Source of the DNA: Rebecca billardiae RCC1528
Lineage: Eukaryota > Protista > Haptophyta
Length of the DNA stretch: 64,000 nt
Direction: 5' to 3'
Assembly: GCA_965240325.2 (NCBI GenBank)
Contig: OZ251246.1
Span: 558,001-622,000, forward strand
Under the pieces are notes generated by a model that saw only the letters and a list, made by a program, of their open reading frames with translations, was not told the DNA's origin and searched no databases. Numbering within the stretch: position 1 is the stretch's first letter; every line of letters starts with the position of its first letter. This document shows, piece after piece, positions 43,934-56,970 of the stretch. A program made the position numbers and the translations under genes.

Positions 43934-46669
43934 GTTTATGATAATAATTAATATCACACGACCGCGCCAACTGCCAGCAATATATAGCAGGCTGCAATAG
44001 TTCGAGCAGTCGATTATTTAAAGCGCGCACTTTAGCACGGCCGGATAGATTAGGCTCCGTAGTGTCAGCAGATATCCGGCGGCGGAGGCGACATGGCCAT
44101 AATATATACTACTATTATATTGCCACGACCATACTTATTCAAGCTTCATCATCCGACATCCGTCGTCACTACTCACTCTTCAGTAGTATGTGCAGTACGT
44201 GCTGCTCGATCGGCGCGGACAGCGCGCGCTCTGCAGTCTGCTGAGCAGCAATATCAGCGCGCAGCAGAAGTATATATAGTATTAGTACTCAGATAAGCGC
44301 GCCTCAGTTACTGATAACGACGGCGGTATATATATACACCGCGGTCCGAAAAGCGCGTCGTCGGACTCCGACATTAAATATATTTCCGGATTAAAGATGG
44401 ATTCGTCATACCCCAGACCGGCAGACGATCATATCAGACAGTTCTAGCGGATTATTACTATACACTGCTGCTGGCATCATTCCGCCGACGAACTACAAAG
44501 AATAGGCTGCTTTCATCATTCTGCTTAATTCGCCACGTCGTCAGCCGCCTCGTCTGCGGATGTGAGCTTGGTCCAAATATAATGATGATCAGCATTAAGT
44601 AAATTCATTGGCCATTCTCACTAGCTTAGTATACGTACTGCTACGGCGGTATCATATTGAGATGTAACTGCAACTACTGCCGCCTATACTGTACGGCCTA
44701 CGGGCCGAGCTATAAGACTCGGCGCCGGCGCGGCGACCACTGCCATGCCGCGGTAACGTGTGGTCTTGCCACTGGCGACTGGCGTGTGGCTGCCAGCACC
44801 AGTGGCCGGCAGCAGATTCCGGAATCGCCCGCTCACCGGAACACTGCTGCCCACTCTGCGCTGATTCAGAAGCGCTGCCGCAGCCTGCTGTTGTCGTCGC
44901 CGTGTCCGCGGAGCTGATTGAGTGCCATTATTCATTCGGATATCGCAGAGTCTCGAAAGAACTGAATGATACGTGTAACAAAGTCTCTCTCTATTCTGAC
45001 TCGGAAGCGTAGAGCAGTTGTCGTGAGCGGTTGGCCGGAGTCGCCCAGCCCGCACTATGAACTTCCCGCCACTTTCTCTGCAACTAAGGCACCTCCCCGG
45101 CCGCGGCGGTCTCACGCTCCGAAAGCGGTTCATCAAAGCCCGGCCCTGGGGCAGTGGATGATGAACTCCTCCCGACTCCTGGCGGGAACGCTGCCATCCA
45201 TGCTCCGCTCTGCAACTCGTAGCTTCCTCCTCGTCCACTTTACCGCGCCTACGATTCTCAGCGCGCATGCGAACGTCGCTTCGGAGTTCAGAACTCAACG
45301 AGCAGTCCGTATCGGCCTCAGTCAGCTGTGAGTGTGAGTACCAGCCTGGCGCGCGATGCGATCAACTCGGGTCACGAGCTGCGGCTGATCGAGGCAGCCA
45401 TATAAAATGTGCTGCATACAGTACGTTCGTGCAACCGCACACAGCCCGAAGACTCCGAATCATTCAGGGCGCTCACAGTCTGTTGTTTCAACTCTCCACT
45501 GCTGCATGCACGGCTCCTGCCGGAGGCTGATCGGCACTCGTCACAGCCGTCTACAGCTACCTCAAAGTGCACGATCGGTGGCTCAAGGCGGGGCGGCTTA
45601 CGCGCAGGTTCATTGCTCCTCGCTCAGACGCAGCTCAACCCCCGAGTCGATCGCATATCGCGCCGGGCCGGCGCTCACGGCTGAGACCGGAGCGGAATGA
45701 TCATCCGGAAGCGACGCTCGCATGCGCGCTGATCGCAGGCGCGGCAAAGTCGACGACGCGCAAGCTGCGGGGCGCGCTGCGGAGCATGCCAACGGTCTTA
45801 TGCCACGCGAGCAACACGTCACCTTCGCACGGCAGGCGCCATCATCCGATCGGATACTCCGATACTACTGCGTACTCTCATTCTACTTGGGCACTTTCTA
45901 CTTGAGGAGATTCTCCAAAATCCCTAATGAACACAATTCATTGTGCAGCACCAAGAGAAGGCGGTAGAAGGTGAGCGAATCCTCTCGAAACTTGTCTTCT
46001 GATATCTTGCATCCCCTAATGACAGGCTTGAACTATGATCATGTACCTCGGTAACCTCGCCCCTACGAGCCCCATACATTAAAGCCATGCTCCGATACCG
46101 GCCGGTAGGGTTCCCACCAATTTTTCACGCCGGTTCGATAATCTAGAAACGTCCTAAGTACACGGGTCAACGCAAATATATGGTTTCACTGTGGGTTCGG
46201 AACCTGACCTGTGAAATTGCATCCGGGTATACGAGGGTATTCAGATTTCTAAGCGTACGACGAGCATCTTCGACCCAATATATATTGGCCGTTGATCATA
46301 CTTCCAGAAGCCAATTAAGGTTCCCACTTTCATCGCCGATGCAAGCTTCGTTGATAGTCGTTCGATTCGAATATACTATGAGGCACGCCGAAACTCTACC
46401 GAGAGGTACTTTCGTGCCTCGTTAATCACCGTGGGACGGGTAGTTCGAGCCGACACATAGAGAGAACTCTTAAGAAGCTCTATTCGCTTGTGATCTCAAT
46501 TCATGATCGTGGATGGTTCCGACTTGCGTGTTCGTCAATCCTCGATCACGGAGTAAGCAAGTCGCCCGTCCGAGCCCGACCGACCTGGTCGTCCACCTTC
46601 GAGCCCAAAAAAAACCAACTGCTCCACGCGAGCACACGCACACGCTCAGCCGCGCTGCACGCGCGCACC

Positions 46670-49600
46670 ATGCTCGAATCACTGAAAGCCGTGCTCCTCG
46701 GCGCGCGCCATGGGTCCAACGCGCCAAAGGGCATCCTCCACGCGCACGAGCGGCCTCGCGGCGCGGATAAGCACATCCGCTGGCGCCAGGTGCTCACCGC
46801 ACAGAACGACAAGGAAGCCGACGAGTTCAACCGCGAGATCGAGCGCGAAATGTTCGACAAGTGGTCGTCGCTCTACAAGCTGATCCATCTGCTGATGCTG
46901 ATGTACGAGGAGCTGGCACTCCCCGTGCGCGTCGCCTTCCCGGCGTGGGTCATCGCCGACCCCTTCTTCATCGCCGTCGACCTGATCACAGACGTGCGCG
47001 CGGCGCGTGTGCAGCGCCGCGCGCGCCGCGCGCGCGCGCGCGCACGCGAGCCCGGACGCTGACGCTCGGCTCCCGCGTGCCCGTGCCTCGCGCGCCTCTC
47101 CGCTCCATACCGCGCCCGCCGCGCGGCAGATCTTCGAGATCATCTGGGTCTGGACGGAGGTGCGCGAGAACTACAAGAAGACCAAGGACGGCCACGGCCA
47201 ACACGCCGTGCACTGGCGGTACACGGCGCGCTGGGTGCTCGTCGACGCGATCTCGGTCGTCGGCCTGTACGCCGCACGCGCCTTCTTCATCCTGCGCGGC
47301 GGCGTGGACCCGTTCCTCCTCATCCAGCTCGTGCGCCTGCTGCGCGTGTACGACCTCACGATCGCGATGGAGGACATCAACCAGGACCTCTCGACCAACG
47401 TGACCTTCCTGAGCGTGTTCAAGTTCTCGCTCGTGCTCGTCTCCGTGCCGCACTGGGTCGGCTGCGTCTGGTGGTTCATCGCCGAGCAGGAGCAGCACGA
47501 CCACGGCCCGCTCGAGCTGCCCTCGTGGCCGGCGCAGCTGCACGCGATGGCGGGCACCGAGGAGTTCACGCCCGACGCCACGTCCGGCATCGAGCGCTAC
47601 CTGATGTCGTCGTTCATGGCGTGGGGCGGCGTCACCGCGATGGGCTACGCGGGCGTGATGATCGCGAACGAGTACGAGGTCGTCATGGCCTGCCTGATCG
47701 CCGTCATCCAGATCGTGTTCTACGCCTTCGTGCTCGGTACGCTCTTTCACTACCTCGTGCGCACCGACGAGAACGTCGTGCACTTCAAGGCGCTGATCAA
47801 GACGCTCGACACGTTCATCGAGACGAAGAAGCTGCCCGAGGAGCTCGCCGAGCTGATGCGCGACTACTTCGAGTACCGCCAGAAGAAGGCCGCGACGGGC
47901 GCGCTCCGCGTCATCGGCATGATGCCGCACGCGCTCCGCTTCCGCTACGCGTCGGAGCAGTACATGGGCCACTGCAAGGCGTCGTGGTGCTTCTTCGGCA
48001 CGACGGAGCAGCTCCTCGGCGCCGTCGCGCTCGAGATCACCGAGCGGTTCGTGATGCCGCGCGAGCAGGTGCTCCTCCGCGGCGACGGCTCGCACGAGCT
48101 GCTCTGGTGCGTGCTCGGCGCGCTCAACGTGATGAAGGGCGACCAGCACATCACGACGATCCGCTCCGACCTGGGCGAGGGGCAGCTCGTCGGCGAGACC
48201 GCCTTCTTCCTCGGCGTGCCGCAGCCGTACACGGTGCGCGCGACGCCCGACTCGGACGTGAAGCTGCTCGTCTTCTCGCACGACTCGTACGAGGAGATCA
48301 TCAAGACGTACCCCGAGCAGTCCGACCTGATCGTGCGCAACGTGCTGCGCAAGTTCGGCCTGAGCAAGAGCGGCGAGGAGCTCAACATGGAGTCGACGGG
48401 CGAGCTCGACGAGGACGAGGCGAAGGAGCTGGCCGAGATCAAGGCGGTGATCCGGCTCGCGATCCTCGAGCGCAAGGTGAACGCGCTGCAGCAGATGTTC
48501 ACGGCCGCGGTCACCGGCGACGTCGAGACGATCCGCTCGCTCGTCGCGCGCGGCTTCGACATCAACACGGGCGACTTTGACGGCCGCACCACGCTCCACC
48601 TCGCCGCGTCGTCGGGCCACACGGCGGTCGTGGCGACGCTCTGCACGCTCGGCGCGCAGATCGACGCGCGCGACCGCTGGGAGGCCACGCCCATCGCCGA
48701 CGCGGTCACCGGCCGGCACACGGCCGTCGTGGAGGAGCTGCAGCGCTTCGGCGGCATCCTCGAGCTCGCGGAGGCGGCGGCGCGCATGCACGAGGCCGCG
48801 GTCGCGGGCGACCTCAACTACATGACGCTGCTCGTCTCGCAGGGGATCGCGATCAACGTGGCGAACCACGACGGCGTGACGGCGCTCCACCTCGCGTCGG
48901 CGATCGGCAACGTGCGCGTCGTGGACTACCTGCTCACCAAGCTCGCCGACGTGAACGCGAAGGACCGCTGGGGCATGACCGCCATCGACGACGCGATCGC
49001 CAACGAGCAGCGCATCGTGACGCAGCTGCTCGCGGTCAACATGGCCGTCCCCGACCCGGAGCGGATGTCGAAGAAGATGCGCAAGGCGGCGAACGAGGGC
49101 GACGCGGAGAACCTGCAGTTCCTCGTCGAGGTGGGCGCGTCGCTCGAGGCGGTCGACTACGACGGGCGCACGCCGCTCCACCTCGTCGTCGCCTCGGGCT
49201 CGCTCGCCGCGACGCACTACCTCGTCGGCAAGGCGGCCAACGTGAACGCGATCGACCGCTGGGGCAACACGCCGCTCGTCGATGCGCTCAAGACCAACCT
49301 GGACGCCGCGGCGATCCTGGTGAAGCACAACGACGCGACGCTGCCCAAGCGCTGCGAGAACGACCAGGAGCTGCAGGGGCTGTACCAGCAGTGCCTCGTG
49401 CTGCCCATGTACGAGATGATCCACAAGCTGCACGCGCTGCAGGAGGAGCGGCGGCAGCTGACGGTGACCAAGAACGCCAAGCGGCGCGAGGTCGGCCTCT
49501 CGTTCAACGAGCTGAACGAGCAGATGCACAAGCTGCAGAAGCTGCACGCCGCGCTGTACAAGTCCGTGCTGCGGCACACCGACCACTGGATCACCGCGTA

Positions 49601-52600
49601 CGGCCTCGAGGACGACGAGGAGAGCGAGGCCGCGGAGGACGAGGAGGAGGAGGACGACGACCTCGACGGGCTCGGCGGCGTCAGCATGGCGCAGGCCAAG
49701 GCGGAGGCGAAGGCGGCGGCGGAGGCGAAGGCGCAGGCGAAGGCGGAGCTGGCGGAGGCGGCGTCCGCCGCCGCGGCGATCATCGCCGGCGCCGCCGAGG
49801 CCGACGCGCCCTCCGAGGAGCACCTCCAGGCCAAGGAGTTCGTGCGGCTCATCCTGCGGCTGCCCAAGGCGGAGGCCGGGCTGCAGCGCATCAAGGCGGA
49901 GTACGAGGAGCACGTCGGGCTGGCGGGTGCGACGACGAGCGACGAGCTGGCGCGGCGGCGCGCGGAGCACGCGGCCGTGTCCAAGCTGATCGGCTCGTAC
50001 GGCCTCTCCGACTCCGAGGCGGCCGCCGCCACCGACGAGATCTACCAGGAGCTCAACGGCATGCTGAACGACGTCTCGCCGATGCACCCGGACGTGTTTG
50101 AGGCGCTCGCGGAGATCCCGGAGGGCAGGCACGAGTCTGAGCCGCCGCCGGCGGAGGAGGAGCCGGCGTTCCCGGGGCTGGGCACGAGCGCGAACGTCGC
50201 GCCCGCGCCCGTCGTCGACGCCGCCGCCGTCGGCGCGCCCGCCGACGAGGAGTCGGCGCTGGCCGCGGCGGCGCCGCTCGAGACGGCGCCCTCCAAGGTG
50301 CTCACAGAGCCGCTCGGACGGTCGATGGTGCTCGACGGCACGCGCAACCCGCGCTCGGCGTCGGCGCTCGAGGCGAACCGGCGCACGTCGACGCTCGACC
50401 CGGCGCGGCGCGCGTCGATGATGGAGGAGGCGCGCCGCCGCGCCTCGCTCGCCACGCCGGTGCGCACGCTCTACCTCTCCGAGGTGGGCCACGTCGCGCT
50501 CTTCACCTCGCGCAAGTTTGTGGAGACGCTCGCGGCGCGGCACGCGCGCACGGTGCGCACGTCGATGACGACGGCGGAGCTGGCGAGCCACGAGGCGCAG
50601 CAGGGGCTCGATGTGGACGAGGTGCCGTCGACGCAGATGGGCCGCCGCTCCCGCGGCCGCACCAGCGGCGGCATCTTCACCTCGAGCGGCAGCGTGAACT
50701 CGCCGCCGGGCACGCCGCCCGGCTCGCCGTCGCGCAACAGCCGGTGGCGGCGCAGCCAGCAGACGGTGCCGGTGGCGCCGGAGGAGGCGAGGGAGTCGGC
50801 CGCGGAGGAGTCGGCGCACGCGCACGGCGAGGCGGCGGCTTCGACGGCGGACGCCGGCTCCGTCTCCGACGCCGCGTACCTCGTGAGCCGCATGTTCCGC
50901 GTCTTCGACCGCAACCGGCGCGGCGCGATCAAGCTGAGCGACGTGCGCATCGTGCAGTACGAGCTGGGCGAGATGGGCGGCCCGGAGATCAAGGCGCTGC
51001 TCGCGGCGCTGCGCGACGCGACGGGCGAGGTCGAGGCGCTGCGCTCGAAGGTGTACAAGGCGATGCTGCCCGAGGACATGCCCGACGACGCCGACGCGCT
51101 CAACCACCCGGAGAAGCAGAGGACGACCACCGTCAAGTCGTTCTCGCGCGTGCACTTTGCGATCGGCGTGTCGCGCTGGATCCTGTCGAGCGCCGAGACG
51201 GAGGGCAAGGACAGCGACGGGGAGGACGGGGAGCGCGGCACCGACCAGTCCGACACCGTGGGCGAGGCCGTCGTCGCCGCCGCCGCCGCCAGCAAGCTCA
51301 AGCTCAAGCTGCGGCCGAGCGCGGACACGGGCAAGCGCGACTCGGCGGCGGCCAGCTCGCCGCTCAAGCTCGGCAAGTCGATCACGGGGAAGAAGATCGA
51401 GCACAACCTGGAGGACGCGCCGCGGTACGAGGACCTGGAGGACGCGCTCAAGTCGTGGGCCGCGTACATCGCGCTCGCCGACCTCATCGACCAGCGCATC
51501 GACACGAGCCGGCTGAAGGCGCACGAGCTCGCCGACCCCGAGGTGCTGCTCAACTTTGCGTCGCACACGGTCACGCTGCGCACGATGGGGCCGGAGACGG
51601 CGGAGCACCTGCGGCAGTGGTGCGAGCAGAAGCTCGAGATCAAGCTCGCGCCGCCGGGGCACGCCGCCGCCACCGCGACTGCCGCCGCCGAGGGCGGCGT
51701 CGACCAGTGGGCCGGCGCGGCGATGACGGCCGAGTCGGAGGGCTACGTGTCGTGGATGCGCGTCGCGGAGGAGCTGCGCGAGCAGGGCAACAAGCTGCGC
51801 ATCGCGAGCATCGGCGTGGCCGAGCAGGGGGTGGTCCTCACGCCGTACGAGCGCGTGCGCAACCACCTCGTGCAGCGCAAGCAGCGGCTGCGCGAGATGA
51901 CCAACGGCGGCGAGGGCCGCGTCGAGATCAAGCCGTGGTACGTGCTCGACCACACGTCCAAGTTCTACGTCAACTTCCACCGCCTCTTCGTCGCGTGCGT
52001 GATGTACGACGCGATGTTCGTGCCGGTGATGCTCACCTTCCTCTCGGAGACGAGCCGGCTCGCCTGGATGCCGTACCTCAACGCCACGATCGACCTCCTC
52101 TACTGGCTGCGCATCGTGATGAAGTTCACGACGTCGTACCTGAACGAATCGTCCGTCCACATCGTCGACCCCAAGATGATCCGCAACCGCTACCTGATGA
52201 CGGACTGCGTGCCCGACCTGATCGCGGCGCTGCCGCAGGACGGGATCGCGCTGCTCTTCCACGAGCCGTACGAGGTCGTGTACGGCCTGCGCCTCATGCG
52301 CCTCATGAACCTGCGCCACGCGTGGCGCGTGCACAAGGCGTGGCTCGCGTCGCTCGGCGACGACGACATGTCGAGCTGGCTGTGGCACTACATCTCGGTG
52401 CTGCTGCTCGCCTCGCACTACATGGCGTGCTTCTGGAACCTGCTGTCGACCTTGGAGTTCAGCGAGCGCACGTGGCTCGACGCGTACACCGCCGACGCCG
52501 CGGCCATCGGCAAGCCCCTCGACTTTGTCACCGTGCCGCCCGAGCAGGCGCTCTTCACGCGCTACCTGATCAACCTCTACTTCGTGATGAGCATGATCAC

Positions 52601-55378
52601 CACGCTCGGGCTGACGCAGGTGCCGGTCAACTACGGCGAGATCGTCGTGTTCCTCGTCCTCATGGTGCTCAACCTCACCATCTGTGCGCGCCGGCCGCGC
52701 GCCGCGCGCGCGCCGCGCGCCGCGCGCTCGCGCTCACGCACGCCCGGTGCCCGCGCGCCGCCCGCGCCGCGCGCGCGCCGCAGACGCGTGGTGCGTCGGC
52801 CAGATCTCCACGCTGGTGATGAACCAGGACGCGGAGCTGGTGGGCAAGCGCCAGCAGATCGAGACGGTGAAGCACTTCCTCAAGCACGCGATCATCTCGA
52901 CCAAGCTCAAGGAGGACATCGAGTCCTTCTTCCGCGCGCACGTCACCGAGTCGTCCGGCTCGTCGGTCAAGACGGACGAGATGTTCTCCGCGATGCCGGT
53001 GGCGCTGCAGATCGACGTGTCGGTGTACATGTACCGCGCGATCGTGGGCCAGGCGTCGCTGCTCGAGAACACCTCGAACGGCTTCCTCAACCGCCTCGCC
53101 GCGACGCTCCGCGAGCGGATCCTCGAGGAGGAGGCGTTCCTCTTCCGCGCGGGCGAGGCGAGCAAGGAGCTGTGCATCGTGTGGACGGGCTCGCTCGAGC
53201 TCACGAACGAGGCGGAGGTGGCGGACGCCGAGCCCGAGCCCGCAGGCAACGCCGGCCCCGGCGACACGGTCGGCGAGGTGCCGTTCGTCTTCGGCATCCG
53301 CCATTTCCAGAACGCGCGCGCCGCGGCCGGCATGGAGTCCAAGGTGATCGTTGTGCAGCGGCCGGACTATGTCGAGCTGCTCAAGGCCTTCCCCGATGAC
53401 GAGGACAACATCATGGACAACGCGATCCGCCAGTATGACGGTGCGCGCCCGCCCGCCCGCGCGCCGCGCGAGCACACGCTCCGCGGCCCTCGCCACGACC
53501 GTCACCGCGAGCCGGCCGTCGGACGCGCCGCGAGCGCGCGCGCATGCGCTCACATGCGCGCGCCGCGCCGCGCCGGGTGCCGCGCGGGATGCAGGCGCGA
53601 TGACGGCTCGCTCGGGCCGCTCGAAGACGTCCGCGCACTCGAGCAAGTACTCGGCCGCGCGCTCGTCGGCCAAGTCCTCGACGACGATGAGCAACTCGAT
53701 CACCGACGCGTCCTCGGACGCGTCCTCGCACCTCGACAACGTGCGCCTGATGATCAGGGACATCAAGCGCAAGCGCGAGGACCTGATGCTCACCAAGCTG
53801 TGCGCGGCGTGCGCGAACGGCGAGCTGGACAAGGCGCGGCGCATCATCTCGGCGAGCGGCGTGAGCGTCAACCACGCCAACGTCAACGGCCGCCGCCCGC
53901 TGCACCTCGCCGCGTGCTTCGGCCACCTCGGCGTGATCCAGTTCCTGCTCGGCCACCGCGCGGACGTGAACGTGGCCGACCGGTACGGCGGCACGCCGCT
54001 CGAGGAGGCGCTGCGCGAGAAGCACGACGCGGCAGCCAGGCTGCTCGAGGCCAACGGCGCGAAGCGCCTGATGAAGGACCCGGTCGAGAAGCTGTGCGCG
54101 GCCGCGTGCAAGGCGGAGGGGCTCGAGACGCTGCGCTACATCCTGCGGTACGACACGGTGGGCGAGGTGACCTGCCGCGACGCGAACAAGCGCACGCCGC
54201 TGCACGTGGCCGCGGCGGAGGGCCACATCGAGAACGTCAAGCTGCTGCTCGAGCTGCACGCCGACATCAACGCGGTCGACCGGTACGGCGTGACGCCGCT
54301 GCAGGACGCGGTGCACGCCAAGCACGAGGACGTGTGCGACCTGCTGCTCGCGCGCAACGCCAACCTCGGCGCCACGTTCGACAGCGCCGCGTACATGTGC
54401 ACGGCGGGCGCGGCGGGCGACGTGGCGCAGCTCGAGCGGCTCGTCAAGTACCGGTGCAACGTCAACATCCAGGACCACCAGGGCCGGACGGCGCTGCACC
54501 TCGCCTCGGCGAACGGGCACGTGGGCGCGTGCCACTTCCTGCTCGACTGCGAGGGCATCGACCCGAACGTCGAGGACTTCTACGGCAACACCTCGCTCGA
54601 CGACACGGAGCGCGAGGAGTCGAACGAGGTGCAGCTCACGCGCATGCTGCTCAACCTGCGCGGCGCCAAGAACGGCTCGCACGAGCGCGCGGTCCGCAAC
54701 CTGTCCGAGCACGCGGCCAAGAAGCGCGCGGCGGACCTGGCGACGGTGCAGCAGCGCGAGCAGGTGTGCGGCATCGCGGTGGTGCTGGCCAAGTGGGTGC
54801 GCGAGCAGCGCAAGGTGGCGTACAGGTTCAAGAAGCGGGTGGACGAGATCACCAAGCTCGAGAACGAGGAGGGCCCCGACGCGGTCAAGCAGACCCAGGC
54901 GCGCTTCTGGGTCGAGGTCAAGAAGTACGCGGCGCGCAATGCCCTGCGCATCGAGTACTTCAAGAATGACATCACGCACGGCCTCGACACGACGGCGAGA
55001 TCAGCGGACGACCTCGACATCATCCCGCTCAAGGAGATGCGCGGCAGGGTGCGTGCCCGGCGTCCGACCGCGCGGGCGGCCGCTCCCCCCGGCGCGCGCG
55101 CGAACGGTGCTGCCGGCCACCATGCCCGAGCGCGCCACTCATCTGCGACCGCCCCGGCGCACCGCCCTCCCCTATGTCCACAGGCCAATGACCTGGTCAC
55201 GATGCAGGAGTCGGTGGCATTGACGTTCTCGCGGCTCGGCGAGGTCGACTTCTCGTCCGTCAAGAAGACGGGCCTCTCGGCCGAGGAGATTATTATCCTC
55301 AAGTCGGGCATCTCGCCGGAAGAGCTCGAGGCGATGGGCGCACACTCGGGATCTGATACTGACGGTGCCGCTCAGTGA
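46670..55378 (+). CDS. Tandem two-module cation channel, 2 x (6TM - CNBD - ankyrin repeats), ~2,727 aa; exons 46670-46993, 47130-52683, 52784-53440, 53595-55048, 55184-55378
   Basis: Module 1: S4 LVRLLRV, HWVGCVWW, pore VTAMGYAG, CNBD LVGETAFFLGVPQPYTVRA, ankyrins (DFDGRTTLHLAA, DRWGNTPL). Linker with coiled coil and EF-hand-like MFRVFDRNRRGAI. Module 2: S4 LRLMRLMNLR, HYMACFW, pore ITTLGLTQ, CNBD TVGEVPFVFG, ankyrins. No stop between modules. Confidence 0.9.
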
Positions 55379-55709
55379 GCTCGGAGCCCACTGAGGCCCG
55401 CCGTCAGCCCAGCGAGCCTGTCTGAGGCGACCATGGCCCCGCACGCGAGTCGGGCCATCTGCTGACCGTGGCTGTGTAGTACCGTGTACTGTTTCAGTCT
55501 GTTCGCGGCTGTCGGTGCCACCCGACTTTATTCCCCATCACTCATCAGTATATTATTCGGGACAGTCACACAATTGAAAGGGGGGCGCGGAGCTGTGTCT
55601 GACCAGGGCTTTGTCACGAATTAAATAAAATTGTTTTTTTAAAAAAGCTGTGTTCACCAGAATGAGAATTAGTGTAGTAGCTTTGTAATAGGCAGGTGCC
55701 AGCCGGTTT

Positions 55710-56029
55710 GCTTCTACATAGTAGTACATTCCTTACTTAATACTTCATCCCGTCATCCTGTCGCCCGTGTCGGCGGACGCTGTCGCATCGGCGCCCAGTC
55801 GGCGAGTTCGGACGACGACGTTTTGTGGACGACGGTGGGGCGAGGACGACGGGCGCTGGCGCGCCGCGAGGCGGCCGCAGCCCTCATCCAGGCCTCGCAG
55901 GCGGCCGGCTGAACGAATTTTTCCGGCGGCGCTACCATCGGCGACGGCTTCATGGGCGGTGACAGTTGGCGGGCGTCAATCTCGCCTGCCTGCCGCTGTG
56001 TGCGTTCTTATTCTTAGCAGTAAACTGTA
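55710..56029 (+). repeat. Long copy of the dispersed MITE-like family ending AAACTG|TA
   Basis: Matches 20222-20512 and the short copies. Confidence 0.85.
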
Positions 56030-56857
56030 CTCGCCCGTACGTACTCGGTACTCATCATCTGATGAAAAAAAGGCATGGGGGTACGTTTTTGCTACGACTG
56101 CTATTCTTGCACGTTGATGGTCGATCATCATGATACGCGATGCTGCTGGCATATTCATCATATCTGTCCGTTTTCATCTCGGTGATACGCGCGTATCACA
56201 TATCTTGCTTTAAAGCTTACTAAGCTAGAAACGGAAGTTCGGCTAACTACAGTAAGTCGGCGCCGCCGTTAGTCGCGCCCTCGGAAGTGCAGCGGATCTT
56301 CATCTCCGTGCCACCGTCCCTTCGCCAAGTGAGTGACCGAGGAAGAGGCGAGGAGCTCCCACGGCGCTGGCGCAGAACATGCCGCGACAGCAAGGGACAC
56401 AGTCACAGACAGACTCACACCGTCACACATCACTCACTCATGGCGCGTGCGCTGACAGAACCGCCGCCGCGCGGACCGGACCATAAGCTACTCGTCAGGC
56501 GGCACTGATCGGCCGCCCTCGTGCAAGGCACGGCGGACGTCACGGCAGGAACGCCATCGGGACGGCCGTGTGACCCCTTGTGGCTTATATTGTTTCGGCC
56601 GACAGATATATATATCATGATATAGTGGCCGGCCGTTTAATAACTCAGATCGATATCATATATATATATATGACCGCGTTCCGCGGTCCTTTTCCGTAGA
56701 ACGAACGTAGTTCGGGGCCCGCGGTGGCGGTGCACCCTCCGTCGCGCAGTCGTCTAACTCTATTCAATTTCACTATTGTCCGATTCGGACAGACCTGAGG
56801 CTGAGAGTGAGACCAGTAATGGCACGGTTGGCATGCCCGTACAACTACTGATGTAAC

Positions 56858-56970
56858 GATTTTTTTCCGGCGGCGCTACCATCGGCGACGGCTTCATGGG
56901 CGGTGACAGCTGGCGGGCGTCAATCTCGCCTGCCTGAGCTGTGTGCGTCTCTTATTCTTAGTAAACTGTA
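56858..56970 (+). repeat. Terminal fragment of the dispersed MITE-like family
   Basis: ccggcggcgctaccatcggcgacggcttcatggg...cttattcttagtaaactg|ta. Confidence 0.9.

Noticed and set aside
46986-52418. 1810-aa minus-strand ORF and other antisense ORFs
   Set aside because: Shadows of high-GC3 sense genes; no motifs.
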